64,000 nucleotides of DNA from the NCBI RefSeq assembly GCF_009914755.1, contig NC_060942.1. The stretch is one strand, 5' to 3'. The position numbers and the translations under genes were made by a program. The stretch is from the human T2T-CHM13v2.0 reference genome, Homo sapiens. Below the pieces are notes generated by a model. It was not told where the DNA came from, did no database searches, and was given only the letters and a program-made list of their open reading frames with translations. Shown here piece after piece: positions 15,174 through 30,062 of the stretch (its first letter is position 1; each line of letters opens with the position of its first letter).

Positions 15174-18100
15174 TGACCCGGGTCTCTTTCCAACCTCTCT
15201 CAAACGCTCCCCTATAATTTCTAACAGTCCGATCCCTTTGACCTTTCTTCCAGTTCCTCCAACCTGTCAAGCCCTTTCCTGCCTCTGGGCCTTTGCATTG
15301 GCTTTTCTCTCAGCTCCAGCCACATTTCTCTTCTCCCCAACTCCAGCCAAGCCCTTTTTCCTCACTAGCTGCTGCTTCTCATCCTTTGCTTTCTCAGAGA
15401 GGTCAAGTTGATCTCAAATCTAAAATACAAAATGTGGCCCCGTTAGTCTTGCACCATCCTGTTCATTTTCACCAGTGCCCAGCAAACTGATGCTCTTAAC
15501 ATTTACCTGTGTGGTGATTTAATGTTTGTCTCTCCTGTTAGATCATAAGATGTATGAGGGCCAAAACCATGTCTTGTGTTTACAAATGCCTACCCAATGC
15601 CTGGAATAGAATAAGCACTTAAATAATGGTGAAATTCAAAAACAATTGAGAATATTTTAAAAACCAAGATCCATATACTTGTTCAACCAGAACTCACTGG
15701 AACTCTACAAGTAAAATTTGGGAGGTTTTACTGTATGTGACGAAATGTGATCACACAACTAAATACTGATTTTTTACGGGTGGAAGCAGAGGATGGCAGG
15801 AGCACATCTAAGGTGGAAGTGGGCACACGAAGGCATTTCCCTGAAAACCTTAAATGATTACAGGGACCAGGAGAGAGGGATCCAGCAAATAATGAGTTTG
15901 GAGTCATCAATAAGCAAGCTGTATTACTTTTATATAGTAAGGTCTTCTTGGGGCCACATGTCTAAAGCAGAAATAGTGTCTGGCTTCACAGATACTCAAG
16001 TAATTATGGCACAAAGAAGAAATAGATGGAAGATCCCTGGATCTCCCAATGAGCTCACATGGATGCTGCCAAGGACCTCAGAACCCCTAACCAACGCCAC
16101 TCTTTCATATACCTAATATGACTTAGCAGGTGAGCCTCCATTCCCTATTTTTATGCAGATATCTGGACTTTTCATCTACATTTTTACCTTCTTGGAAGCG
16201 CCATTTCTGACCCTCAGGACCCACAATTATTAATATCTTTCCTTGCGTGGATTCCTAGCTCTTACATGTATTGCTCATGTACATAGTTAAATTTCATCAT
16301 GTGATGCATTTGTACATGGACAATCACAAAATCCCATACTGTGGAAAGGACCTGAGAACACCCTTCAAAATCACCTGGCCCAAAATCCTTATTTGCAAGT
16401 GAAAAACCCAAGGCCCAAGGAGGTGACATATTTTTTCCAAAGTCAGAGTCCATTGTTGAGGACACTAAAATGAGAATGCCAGTTCCCTGGCTCCCAATCC
16501 AGAACATGCCCCATTATGGTCTCCCTAAGGAGCCGGTGTTCTCTGAGGCAGGAGCTACAGTTATCAACCTCCTGGCACATTGTGGAAAGCTGTTGAGCAT
16601 CTGATGATGGGGTAAGAATGATAATGTGTATGGATTACCATGAAGTCCTCTAGATTAAACATGAATCTACGCCTGTGCTACCCTACACCACGATGTTTGC
16701 CGTTATCATTATTAATGGACACTTCCAAATGAGAGCAGGCTGCACAAAGCCCTGCAAATTCTACAGCTCCTTTCATGCATGAAGACTAACAACCATGAGA
16801 GACAAAGGTTTAAACTCGTTATCCTGGGGAGACTCCCAGAGAAGTCAAACAGGTTTGTCCAGAGCTGTCAATCACTTCTGAAAATAAACAGACCTAGTTG
16901 AGAAGGTGCACAGCCAGCCTCAAAGGTTAACCAAACCCACAGTTAACCCAGGGAAGATCTCCTGACTCCTAAGAAATCATGCAAAGGTTGAAGCAACTGA
17001 TTTACGCCCCCGCCAACTGCCACCCCTCTGCCATCAAAGAAAATATGCTTTCCTCTACTTTCTAACTCTGATATTTGATTATTTCAACCCCTGCAGAAAA
17101 TCTCTCAGATACCAATCCCCTGGCATGTTCAAGGAGCTTTCACATGTTTATTACCTTCTTCAACCCTCACACCCATCTTTCCCAGGCTGGGCCTAAATAT
17201 ACAACCCAGGAAACTCAAGCTGAGAGACGTTAGTGACATTCAGTCACCCACGGGAGAGCAGTCAACTAAAGCTCCCAGCTCCAGGTGCTCTGCAGCCCCC
17301 AGGCCACCGTGCTTCTCATGCTCACAGTGGCTTTCTCTGCCCACATCATGTCAAATCCCAAATCCTCCCCCACAGACTTGTCTCCCAACTGTCCCAAAAG
17401 GAATCTTCTATTCTAAGAAAAAGTCCCTTTACCATCCCGCACCTCCAGGCCTCTATGATGCCCCACGCCGCCAGCAACCAGCTCCCCTCTCTCCCAGTGT
17501 TTGTTACTCAAGGTCTTCACGTTCCACTGTTTAGTCTCCTCCTGCATCCTCCCCAGCACCCCCACGCCACTGATATCATGCTGCACATTCCGTGTGGCAC
17601 TGCCTGTGCTGCTGCTGCCCTATCCAAGACTGAGCTTCAGATGGCAGGAACCCTGCTGCCCAACCCTCACCCTCCCTTGCAGAACAGGCACAGGCACACA
17701 GACGCTCCACATGAACAACGTAGCAACACTGGATCCTGGAGAGTCACAAGTTGGACAGTACTCACGCAGACGTGATGGCATGGCCAGGGGTGCAAATGGC
17801 TCCCCTCTGTCCATGGGACCACATGCTAACACGCACAACGTACCACAGTCAACACTTCCCAGCGGAGGATAAAACACCAAGCAAGAATATCCACCGTAAG
17901 CATGGAAGCAGAAACAACGGGGCTGCCCGGGTGCACCTATGACCCTAACGTAGGGTCAGTGAGGGTAGCTGCTCTCTCGAAAACTCTATGTGGGTGGCTT
18001 TTCTTAATGTTCTGCTGTCATCTGCAGAGGGCAAGGCTGTGGAGCAGACTCTCTAAGGTCAGAGGCCACAGCTGGAGGATCTCAGTATTGAAAGGAGCCT

Positions 18101-18885
18101 TACAGATGGATCTTGGGTAAAACCCAGTTCTCTATCAGATGATGGAAAGCAGAGGTTCCCTGACTCGGGGGTTCTGTGGACCAGTTAATATTTACTTAAT
18201 TTCAGAGACTATCAGCAACATTCTCCACAAGAACAGACATTTTAACTGCCCCCCAAAGTAAGGACTTCAGAAAAGGACAGTCCTCCAGCCGACTGTGTTC
18301 CTGGGGACAAGCCACAGAGCTGGCACACATTCCCCATGAAAGGTCAGGTAGCCATATGTGAACACCTCCAGCAATGAGAGGGTCGGGGGGTGGCTTGGGG
18401 GGCCACTCTGGGTCACCTGAAACTTGTGTCTTCAGATTGAGCTAGAATCCATCTCCCTGAAACTTTCACCCACTCATCCTAGTTGTGACCGCTGTGAGAG
18501 TAGACACAATCCTAGGGCCTAGCCCAAAGGAAATCCTCAGCACATATCAACTCCCCTAGTCCCTCCACTCTCGATTCCCTACACAGTTCAGAACTGTGTG
18601 GAGACTGCATTCCTGTCCAACACCCACCCCTCAGCCACCAGCAGCCCATTCTGAGCTCATTCTCTCCTCAGAAAAGCCCTGAAACACTGCGGCCATTCTC
18701 CCACGTTAATTTCCCAACTCCCGCCCTGTCCTGGGCTCTCAAGGCCACCCTCAGCTTGTGTCCTCCTTGTAGTACAGGGCTCAGTATTGGGGGCTGGACA
18801 CAAAGCTCAAAGTTGCAGTTGTCCCTTGTGGAGCTCACAACCTGGCTTAGAAAAAGAGATTAACTCACATTAAACAATGAAGGAC

Positions 18886-19150
<265 letters not shown>

Positions 19151-22100
19151 AAACCATGAAGGACCGCTCCCCTCTAAGGGAGTGGGGGGACTATACCTAA
19201 ACACCAAATTGTGACTAGACCCCAGACACTGAAGGAATTTAGAGGAAATGGGCAGAAAGGACTAGGGTTTCGGGGCGGGGTGGGGGGGCACAGGAGTCAC
19301 TGCTCTTACCACATTCTCTCTTCCCCTGAAATATCAGAAGACAACATGCAGCCCGACCCTGCTAGCTACAGCCACTACCTCCGTCTCCCTCAGCCCCTGA
19401 AGCAGAAGGATCAGTGACCCTTAGAAAGCATCCTCCAAGACAATCAGGTTCTAGACAGAGTCCCCACTATGGGGCAACCAGGAAACATGGACAAGAGTCC
19501 CAGGTTCCTGAACACTGCAAAACACAACTCTAAGGCAGGAGCCCCTCCCTGCTGCCCTGAAGCAAAGTCAGGGACTGTGACAGCCAAAGCAAAGGCAGAG
19601 GGAGAAAGCTGCTAGGGGAAAAACAGCATGAGTTTTTGAGAATTCAAAGATGCCCCATTCAGGAAGCTGGGGAGGCTGAGGAACCTAGCCAAAGGCAGGG
19701 CCACCAGCTTTTTGCTAAACTGGTTTGGCATCCACTTTTTTGTTCATGGAAGTGGTTACATAGGTACCTGCGTGCAACGCAGATGGCCAACAGCCACTCC
19801 CTCAGTAGTGGTATTTCCCAGAAGGCAGGGAAGAGGTCTGTCTTGCAAGATGAGGTCACTACATTCTCCAATTCCCCTGTGCTCCAATCTTAAAGAAAAA
19901 GCTATTTCTCAAACTGTTCTGCATGGCCCAAACTCAGTCTTCAAATGGGGTTCTAAAATGTATTTCTGCATATCAACATTCTCCAACAGCAATATAGTGT
20001 GAGGAAAGTAGCCTTCAGAATCCTGAACCATCCCTCCCTCCCTCCCTACCCACAAGCAAATTCCTGCCAAGTGCTAGCATATTTTCAAAACATCATTACC
20101 ACTCCTGATAGGAATCCCGGCGCCCAGTTTTTGATACCAAAAGTTAAGGGAAGCAGTAAAACATCTAATTTGTTGAAAAATTTGGAAGGACTGTGCTGAT
20201 CTACCAGCAAGTTCAGCCTCCTGATAGACAACTCTTTTCTTCAAAGAGCGTATTTTCCATGAGATTGCCAACGATGCTTGGTCACAGCCTCCTGTAACTG
20301 ATGAGGGGAGAGAACACCAGAATGTTGGCTCATCAGGACATCTTTGGCATATTCCAAAAGCAAACTGGGCGGCCCTGAGCCCTCGACCACATCACATTAT
20401 CCACTAATGCACATTTCTTCACAGTGCTGGCACTGAGGCACATCAGATATGATCATCAACTGTTTACACAGAATCCACTGCCTCTAAGTGCTGCACTGTG
20501 CCAACCTTTCTGAGGCAGCACCATCTGCAACCCAGAGGTCAGCACAGTACTGCCCAAAAAGATCAGGCAACAAATCTTTCAGCTACACAGCACCTCACAG
20601 CTGATGCCTCCCCATCCCATCCATTCCAGCCCTGTCACAGCGGCATCTCCCTCCCACATTCCAAGCTACTCGGAGCCACACCTATCAGCTAAGCAAAGTG
20701 TCCTTGATGGAGACCTCCTTTTACAAACTGGTTGAGGCAGTCATGTTTTACATTTCAATGATTTTTGTTTGTGTTCATGCAACTGTAGCTAATAACAAAA
20801 ATGACTTCGTGAAGTATAGTACTATCAGCAGATCTTCTGAAATGAATTGCTACCAAGGTTGCCAGCTTTCCAAGACACAAGATGATTCATGACCTCATGT
20901 AGACAGACCTCCAGTGAATGCAAAGCCCAACCAAGCCTGCTAATATTTTTTCCTTTTTCCTCCCCATACTGCCACCTCATCACTCTCCAAAAGGGAAAAA
21001 GTCATGCACACGAATTAATCCACCCTGACATACAGAACTTGCAGTGGGGAGAGAGCTCGGCTCGTTCATGTCAGGGTGGTACCCTCCACTCTCCCAGGAG
21101 AGGGGCAAACAAGGGCACCATTCATGTTCCAGTTTTCCCCTCCATCACCACATCAGCCCAGCCCTGCAGATTTCATAAGCAATGGCTTTTTACTTTTTCT
21201 ACCTGTCACGTTAAGGAAGAAGGGAAACCCCTGGCTGCAGCTCTGGGCAGAAACAGCATGAATCTCCTGGGGCACACAATCTTAGTTTCTCCTCCTATCT
21301 TATTTCAATACCATGAGGCCCCACCAGCAGCCCAGGTGCTGGATACTGTGGGAAATTTTCTGCAGTGCATTCCTGATAGCGTCCATGAGCAACTTCCCTA
21401 ACAAAGGTAGTCTCTGGGCCAGAGTCTCCTAAAAACAAGTTGGGCAGAAACAGCTTCATTCAGCAGAGACCAGCTGCTTCTCACAAACCAGACTTGTTCA
21501 AGCTGCACCAGGACCCCATGGAGCTGGCCCCTCCCATGCCTGCCTGGACTCCAGGTGATTATTTTGCTGGCAGTAACAAAAGAGGAGAAAGCACAATCAT
21601 TATGCAAATGTTAATTTGCTCTGAGATCCCAAATGACAGTTCAGGTGACTTCAAACATCCCATCCATGTCTAAATCCTAATAAACTTCATGTTTTAGCCA
21701 TTAGGTAGGAATGTAATTCTATTTAAAAGAAAAATATCAAAAATTGTTCAAGTTATCAGAGGTACAACATTACAGGCAAAGAATATTTCAAGGGAATTAA
21801 GTGTCTCTTTTCTGCATAACATAAGGTGGTTTTTAGTGCTGGTTTTAGACAAGGTAGCTATCCTGATGCAGGAGTCAAAGACTACAGAAGCTCCCCACAC
21901 GAACCTCTTAACTTACATCATCAGGAGACTCGCTACTCCAACTTTGGGCGCCTTTCGCATTATTGTTTGTACTTTAGTGATCTTTATGTAGTAGTGACTC
22001 AGGTCTCATTTCCACTCTATTTCAGGCCTCCTTAAGTATATGCCTTGTTATGGGTGGCCTTCTCTTCAAATAGAGCAAGCCATCCCAACCTGTCTAATGA

Positions 22101-22339
22101 CATTATTTTGTCAAAGCTGCTAATCCATCTACCAGTTATCCATGAGATAGAGTCTACTGAGAAAGACACACACCAACACAGCGTAACTGACATCTGTGAC
22201 CATCCCCCCACTTTACAGAACTTCTGTTTAAGGGAAATGCCCCCTTGATAAGGTATTCACATACATTATTTGGAATCTGTGACTCAATGTCTCCCTGGAA
22301 TTAAATCCATTTAATTAAAAAGAAATTTTCAAATTGTGA

Positions 22340-22562
22340 TTTTTTTTTTAATCAAGTGTCAGGATACATGTGCAAGATGTGTAGGTTTGCTACATAGGTA
22401 AATGTGTGTCATGGTGGTTTGCTGCACCTATCAATCCATCATGTAGGTATTAAGCCCTGCATACATTAGCTATTTGTCCTGATGCTCTCCCTCTTGCCAC
22501 CCCTCCAACAGGCCCCAGTGTGTGTTGTTCCCCTCCCTGTGTCAATATGTTCTCATTGTTCT
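22340..22562 (-). mobile_element. L1PA (about PA8-10) 3'-end fragment
   Basis: tacatgtgcaagatgtgtaggtttgctacataggtaaa...ggccccagtgtgtgttgttcccctccctgtgtc is the reverse complement of an L1PA 3' UTR. Confidence 0.8.
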
Positions 22563-22942
22563 CTGATGCTTCTTAAAAATTGGGTTTCTATCATAAGAGT
22601 AAAATAGAAAATGTCCCTTCTTGGAGCTGAAGTTGAGTTAAGAAATCTCAAGACTGGGAGTGTATTCAGTGTTGACACATTATCACCCTCAACAGATCAC
22701 TTTGTGGAGGTCCCACCAACGCTCTTCTTTCTGGAGGAGTTCGCAGCTTATTTGGTATCTGGCAGGGCTTTGGAGCATCTATATATGCTGGGCACAGGCC
22801 CCTCACTGCAGCTGGGGGAAAATCAACAGAGAATCAAGGGTTTACCTGCAGGTTTACAAGTCTGGAAAGTTAACTAGTCATCAACTCAGGGGAGAGATGC
22901 ATCTACCAGAATGCCACTGATTAACACTTTTAAAATAACCTG

Positions 22943-23243
22943 GGCCAGGCACAGTGGCTGGCTCATGCCTGTAATCAATCCCAGGACTCTGGGTGGCTGA
23001 GGCAGGAGGATCACTTGAGTCCAGGAGTTTGAGAACAGCCTGGGCAACATGGCAAAACCCCATCTTTACCAAAAATAGGAAAACTAGCCAGGCACGGTGG
23101 CAGATGCCTATGGTCCCAGCTATCTGGGCTCAGGTGGGAGAATCACTTGAGTCCAGGTAGCTGAGACTTCAGTGAGCCATGATTGTGCCACTGCATTCCA
23201 GCCTGGGCAACAGCATAAGACTGTGTTTCAAAAAATAAAGAAA
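22943..23243 (+). mobile_element. AluJ
   Basis: J-type diagnostics ggatcacttgagtccagg and agccatgattg. Confidence 0.88.
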
Positions 23244-23695
<452 letters not shown>

Positions 23696-26600
23696 CTAGT
23701 TACAAGGCTGTTAGAGGCCTCTCTTCCACCTCAAGGTTTGGATGGTTTGCCCACAGTCAAGCATGCTCCCACCAAAGTGACAGGCAACTCATACAAAACC
23801 TTGTTCCTGTCCTCCTTTTTCAGCAACCAGAAAAGTCATCACCTTATGCCAGGTACACTCCAGCACCATTGAGCAGGCGGGGGTTCTCTGTATTAGTTAG
23901 TATGCCCTTCATATCAAGCCCTCAGGACTTGCCTGCCACACATTTTATGAGCAATTCCTCAGGGTGAGTTCACCTAACTGATGGGTAATTGCACCCATTA
24001 TACAAGCACTAAGGTAAACTCATCCTAACCTTGTCCCCAGATTCTATCTGAAACCTTAAGCATTCTGTGCCCTGAATACTGGTAACAGCAGCCCAAATTA
24101 TTTTTGGGTATGGCCATGCTTAGTTTTTTAGTTAAACCTCAGAAAAGATAGACATAAGCAAGCAAATTTGCTAACTCTTCTGTTTAAACATCAGGTTTAC
24201 AAAACATCCATCATCCCAATAACACACAGCTAAGCTGGTACATCTCAATTCTAGGCTATTATAGTAGACCTTAAAGCTATTACAGTTGACCTTAAAGCAT
24301 TATCTTTAATTTACTGGGACTTTTTCATTTTAAAAACCACAAGCTCATTGAAAAAGTAAAATTTAAGCTGCATAGTACACAAAATAAAAAGTAAAATATT
24401 CCTCCTTAGCCACTCCCCACCCCCCGCCTACCAAAAGAAACCATTTATCAGTTTGAAGTTTTGATTTCATAAGATTCCTCATCAGGAAATTAGGTTGAGT
24501 CAAAGGTCTTATATGGAAAATACCACTGAGAGGAACACAATGCATGATTGAGAAGAAGGGGGAATTACAACTACTTTTCCCAGCTATAAGACCTACAGCA
24601 TTTCCACCTTTAGTGTAACCAAGTATATAACATTTTACTTTATGAAGATCACAATCTTGGATATCAATTTTTACTGCATTTGGAAAGAACTGCCAATCTT
24701 GAATGCACATACTGAATCAATGGTTTCAATCTTTTAGGTGAATATAAAAGACGCCTGGAAAGTCTTTAAAGAGAGACTCCCCTGGAAAGGATATTAAAGA
24801 TCTAAACGAGTTAACTGAATTCCCTAAGCATCTTTTCAGCAACTGCCCCTCTGGCAAGCAAGCCACCGCTGGGAAAAGGCTATAGTACACTGTCTGAACA
24901 AAGACAAAAGAATCTTACATCTTTCCTTAGGAAAATCCTTGCTGTATATTGCAGAAGGCTCCTTCTACTTCTGCCTACTAGTGTAAATTCACAACTTGAA
25001 AACTCAAAGGATATTACTGAGCACTCCCTATGTATGAAGCAATGTGCTGGGTGCTTTCACAAGCCTCACTGTATGTCTCCAAGTACTTTAAGGCATAAGA
25101 CTTTCTATTACTGACCCCAAATAAGAAGGCTTAAGTTTCATAAGTGACAGGTATAAAGGACCGACATTTGTTTCTATTCATCCCCACTCCATTCCACATT
25201 CTGATCCATATTATGCAACCTGCCACTTCAATGTAGATAGGATTGATCAACTGTCCCAACCTCTAGAAACTCAATTTATAAACAGATGAAAAATAAGTTA
25301 TAAAAGACAAATTGCTCTAAAAATCAGAACTGGCTGACTCCATGAAAGGTCATGGACATGCTTTCTCTCCCAGCTATTTGTCCTCTAACCCAAACCCTGC
25401 TGGCTGTTTAGGATCTGGTTTAAGGCCCATCTCCCTCCAAGAAGCCCTCTCCCCCTGCTTCCATAGCTTCCCCAGCTGAGAAAGGCAATGATCCATAGGC
25501 AAGAGATTATCTCCTATGCCTAGGGCTCCTTTCATCCATTTCTTTAAAGCAATATATAAACCTGAATGTTCAAGTCCCCAAAATAAATCAAGCCAAGCCC
25601 ATCTGCCCTCTGGCCCCACGGGTAAGGCAAAAACACTTTCCTATCATTTGTAGAAACCTATGTATTCACCATAAAGGCCACTGCTGCCCTGGGGGCTGAC
25701 AGTCTAGGTTAAAAAAACAACTCAGAAATAAAATCAACCATTAGACAAAGTTGTTAAATTTCACATAGGGCAGGTTCTATGATATTTATATTGCACTTAT
25801 ATGAAGTACCACATGGGGCCTTGGCTGATTTTTGTTAATTCTGAATTATTCAGCACTGCATTGATAGATTGCTAATTAAAATATAACCCCTAAGGCACCA
25901 ACCCTGCTAAGAATGGTGCTCTTGGCTTCATCACTCCCTCTAACAGCATCCGAGTCAAACCTCCTCATTTGCCTCCCTCCCGTCACTGCCAAAGCACAGC
26001 AAGGCCTTCAACCTCACAAGTCAACTTGTTCCACAGCTAAGGGAGTAAAGTGGAAAATCTGGCAACATGGTGATTTACTGAGAGTCCTTTGAGAGGCCTG
26101 CAGTTCCAGAAGACTCAGGAAAGATAGTTCTGACACCTGGCATTCTAGAAAACAGGCTGTCTCTTCCATGAATATGCCTGGATTCTCTTTGTCTCTCATG
26201 TCAAAGAGGAGTGGAACAGCTGCCCCTGTCAGGGGGCCCTTTTCCAAGGCTCCTGCTTGCTGCAGTCCCCAGGATAAGCTGGGGCTTCCCCACTCCCTGC
26301 TCCTCAGAGACATTGGTACCATCCAGGACAGATGTGCTCCAGACAGAGGGGAGGGTCTCCAGGACCCTCCCCACTAGACCCCCACCACTGTTCCAACCCT
26401 GTGTGAATCTCAGACACCACGACCCCTAACCAGGTCTTGGTCAATCACCCTCCTCACTTTCTTGTTTTGGTCTTAAGTGTCCAAAACACTCAGACTTTAA
26501 TTTTTTAGTAATTTTTTAAAAGATGACATATATGGAAAAGTATAGAAATCCTAAAGAACAGCTCAATGAACTTTCATAAATTCACATATCTGTGTAAGCA

Positions 26601-26778
26601 GCATTCAGATCGGAAGTTACATTATCAGCATCCCAGAAGCCCCATGCCTGTGCCCACTTCTAGCCAGAAATGTGTTTTCCATCAGAAATGTATTATTTCG
26701 ATCCTCCAAGCAACTATCACTTCTGAGTGATCTGTCCCCATAAAGTCAGAGAGAGAAGGGCGAAAAAGCTATATAGGG

Positions 26779-27063
26779 GGCTTGGCATAGTGGCTCACTC
26801 CTGTAATCACAGCACTTTGGGAGGCCAAGGTGGAGGACTGCTTGAGCCCAAGAATTTGAGACCATCCTGGGCAGCATAGGGAGGCCCCATGCCTACAAAA
26901 AATAAAACTAAAAAAAAGCTAGATGTGGCAGCACATGCCTGTGGTCCCTGCTATTCAAGAGGCTGAGGCAGGAGGATCCCTTGAGCCCAAGAGGCTGCAG
27001 TGAGCGATAATGATGCCAGTATACTCCAGCCTGGGCAAAGAGCAAGACCTTGTCTCAAAAAAG
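26779..27063 (+). mobile_element. AluJ
   Basis: Alu dimer; TSD aaaagcta(t/c)atagg at 26764-26777 and 27064-27077. Confidence 0.88.
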
Positions 27064-27144
27064 AAAAGCTACATAGGAAATGCAGGGGAGGGTAATGAGT
27101 CAGCATTTAATCAAGTCCCTCCTGAGGACCAGGTAACATGACAG

Positions 27145-27560
27145 GTAGAGAAACCTGGCATACACCATCTTAAGCAAGTGATCAAAGTTACCACCACCAG
27201 TAACAGGACAAATTAGACATAACATGCCACCGCATGGGTTGCAATCATCATCACAGTATCCAGAGAAAAAGACATGGCCCAAGTGGAGAGCCTCTCTACA
27301 GTGACTGGCTGTAATCTACACAAACTGTCCAGGCCATGAAAGTCAAGGAAATACTGAGGAAACGTTCCAGATTGGAAGAGACTAGAGAGAGATGACAAGT
27401 GGGTGTGATGTATAACCCTGGATTGGTACCGTTATCATAAAGGGTATTACTGAGTCAATGGACAAAACTTTAAACCCAATTCAAGGTATATGAGTGTGCC
27501 TTGAATTACTCTTGCAATTTTCCTGAAGTCTGAAAAGATTTCAAAACACAGTATTTTAAA
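27145..27560 (+). mobile_element. Ancient L1M (L1MC4/L1ME3-like) 3' fragment
   Basis: aaacctggca...ttaagcaagtgatcaaagtta...ccagattggaagagactagagag; similar to the element at 45040-45875. Confidence 0.6.
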
Positions 27561-29825
27561 GAAATTTTTGCTCTTCACCTTTCCACTTGCTTTCCACCTA
27601 GAATACAGATGTGAGGATCAAGTCCCATGATGAGCAAGGTTAGCAGGACAATGAGATAGGAGCCGTGGACCTGCCACACGGGCCCCAGACTGCCCACCTC
27701 CAAAAATACTGTAGTATGGAATAAAATAAACTCTTTGATTGTCGATGTCATGGTAGTAGGGTTTTCTGTTACAGCCAAAGAAGTCATAACTGATACATTT
27801 AATAGGTAGAAGACAGAAGACTATGATTCCATTACTATTTCCCCACTATTGCTAATAGGAAAACCCACCAAAAAGTTAACAGAAAAGCTGTGACTTGCTG
27901 CATGGACAAGAGGGCAGAGAAGCTGTGAGAATGCATTTTGTCCAGCAGTGGGCAGTGAGGAAAGGAGGCTTGGCCGGAAGCATCAGTAGCAGGGCCTCCA
28001 GGATCTCTGTAGCACCGCAGCATCGCAATGAGTCAAAGCAGGTTTTCAAGTTTTCCATCAGAAATGTACTATTTCGATAATACATTTTGACTTTTGACTA
28101 GACCACCACAAGAACACCGCCTCTATGAGAAAGATCCTAGATGCTAGACTTAAGGTAACCTTTAGAATATTACCTACAAATAAACGGGGACTTTGATAAA
28201 TAACTATTCATGTATAATTTGACTTTAGAAATCATTCTATATTTTATTTTCTAATCACATTTTTATTACCATGATACCTCATGTTGGGCCAATATGCTTT
28301 CCTCTTTAAAGTTTCATTTTACCACTATTTTGCTTTCTTCTCACTCCGAACAGTACTGTGGGGTGACTCCAGTTGTTTCCATTTAACACATAAGAAAAAG
28401 TTGAGCAAGATTAAGCCACTGGTCCAAGGTCTCACAGCAAGGAACTGGCATAAATGCAACAAGAATTCTGAACCATGACTCCCAATCCAGTGTTCTCCTA
28501 ATCCACATAGTATATCGTTAACAACACTGCCAGTTCAACATGGCTTCACTTTTTGAGATTAGAAGATTATATTATGAATGACTAGAACAAGAGATCAAGT
28601 AAGAGTAAACAGGAAAAGAGACATTTTACCCAAACTTAGAAGAAAGAACGTACAAGAAATTCAGCACTCAATCTTTCTCTACTTGCTCACATTGGTTTCA
28701 GAAGTGAAGAGTTGCAAAATCCCGTTACCCCGTGGTGAACCCACACCTGCCTCCCTGAGGCTCTCTCTCCTTGCAGCTAGCATCCCCTCAGCTAGTATTT
28801 GCCAGGCCCTCAAAATCCTACAGAAATCCCAGAATCTTGGGATACTTGGCCGCCAGTCTCATGCAGCCCTGTTCCTCAAATCTGGAAGTCCTGAATGCCT
28901 GTTCCATAAGACAGTGCTGGGCACTTGGCACGATCTTCACCCTCACAGATAAGTTGAGGAGATAAGGCAAATATGCAAAAAGTAAAGTAATCATCCAAGA
29001 GATATTAAATAACACTGCAGGCCAACGACAGCAGCAGAGGCATGAGAGGAGATGCCAAGACCATGTAATGGATGGACACGATTTACAGTAATTGCCTCTG
29101 TACAGAGAATAGAGTTCCTTAGGCTGAAGAAGTCAGGAAGGGCTTATAGAGAAGCTGCAATTTGACCTTGGTCTCGAGAGAGACCATAAACTTAGAAATA
29201 TAAAGGTACAGAACATTCCAGGCAGATACAGCATGGATATGGAAAACTCAAGGTACATTCAGACGATTATGAGTGGGCTGATTCTGCTGGGGAAACAGTG
29301 GATCATACAAGGCAATAATTAAATGATAGATGATCAGTTACTATGCTCTGGATATAAGGGAGGCTTCAACCTGGCTTGAACAGAAGGGCATTTCTATCTC
29401 ATGTGACAAGAAGTCCAGAGTTCTGGTGGGTTCTGCAGTGTTGTTTCAGCCCAAGTCACATGGCTGCATAGAGGAGGGGTTTTGTCAAGATGTTGAAATG
29501 GAGTTGTGGATGATCCCAGACAGGCAACCATAAATGGTTATTGTTTAGTGAGTGTCAATCCCCACCCCATGTATTTCACCCTTAAAACCAGAGGAAAGAA
29601 TACAGAGAGAAAGCCAGAAGAGGCTCCTCATATAACAGCCAAATCCAAAACTCAATTCAGAAAAATCTGCAGCAATGGATCTTCTTCCTTGTGCCTATTT
29701 ACTAAAAGACATATATGAATTCTTAAGAGGATTAAACCAGAATGGCTGTTCAGAGTCTGTGGAATCAGCAAAGACCCTCATTCTAACCACCCCTGGAGGC
29801 CTCATGTTCATTAGGGCAGAACTCC

Positions 29826-30062
29826 ATGAGTTTGAGACAAGCCTGCACAACAAGGCAAGACCCCATCTCTACAAAAACTTTAAAAATTAGCCAGGCATGG
29901 TGGCACACAACTGTAGTCCCAACTACTTGGGAGGCTGAAGGGGAAGGATCACTTGAGCCCAGAAGGTCGAGGCTGCCGTGAGCCATGATCACGCCATTGC
30001 ACTCCAGCCTAGGTGATAGAGTGAGACCCTGACAAAAAAAGACAAAAAAAAAAAAAAAAAAA
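29826..30062 (+). mobile_element. 5'-truncated AluJ
   Basis: Partial left arm, right arm and A tail. Confidence 0.85.

Noticed and set aside
20889-21401. 170-aa ATG-initiated ORF
   Set aside because: No recognisable domain, no promoter or splice support, antisense within an intron; compatible with chance.
27095-28040. Several AP-1 (TGAGTCA) sites
   Set aside because: The 7-mer is common throughout the window, so clustering is not convincing by eye.
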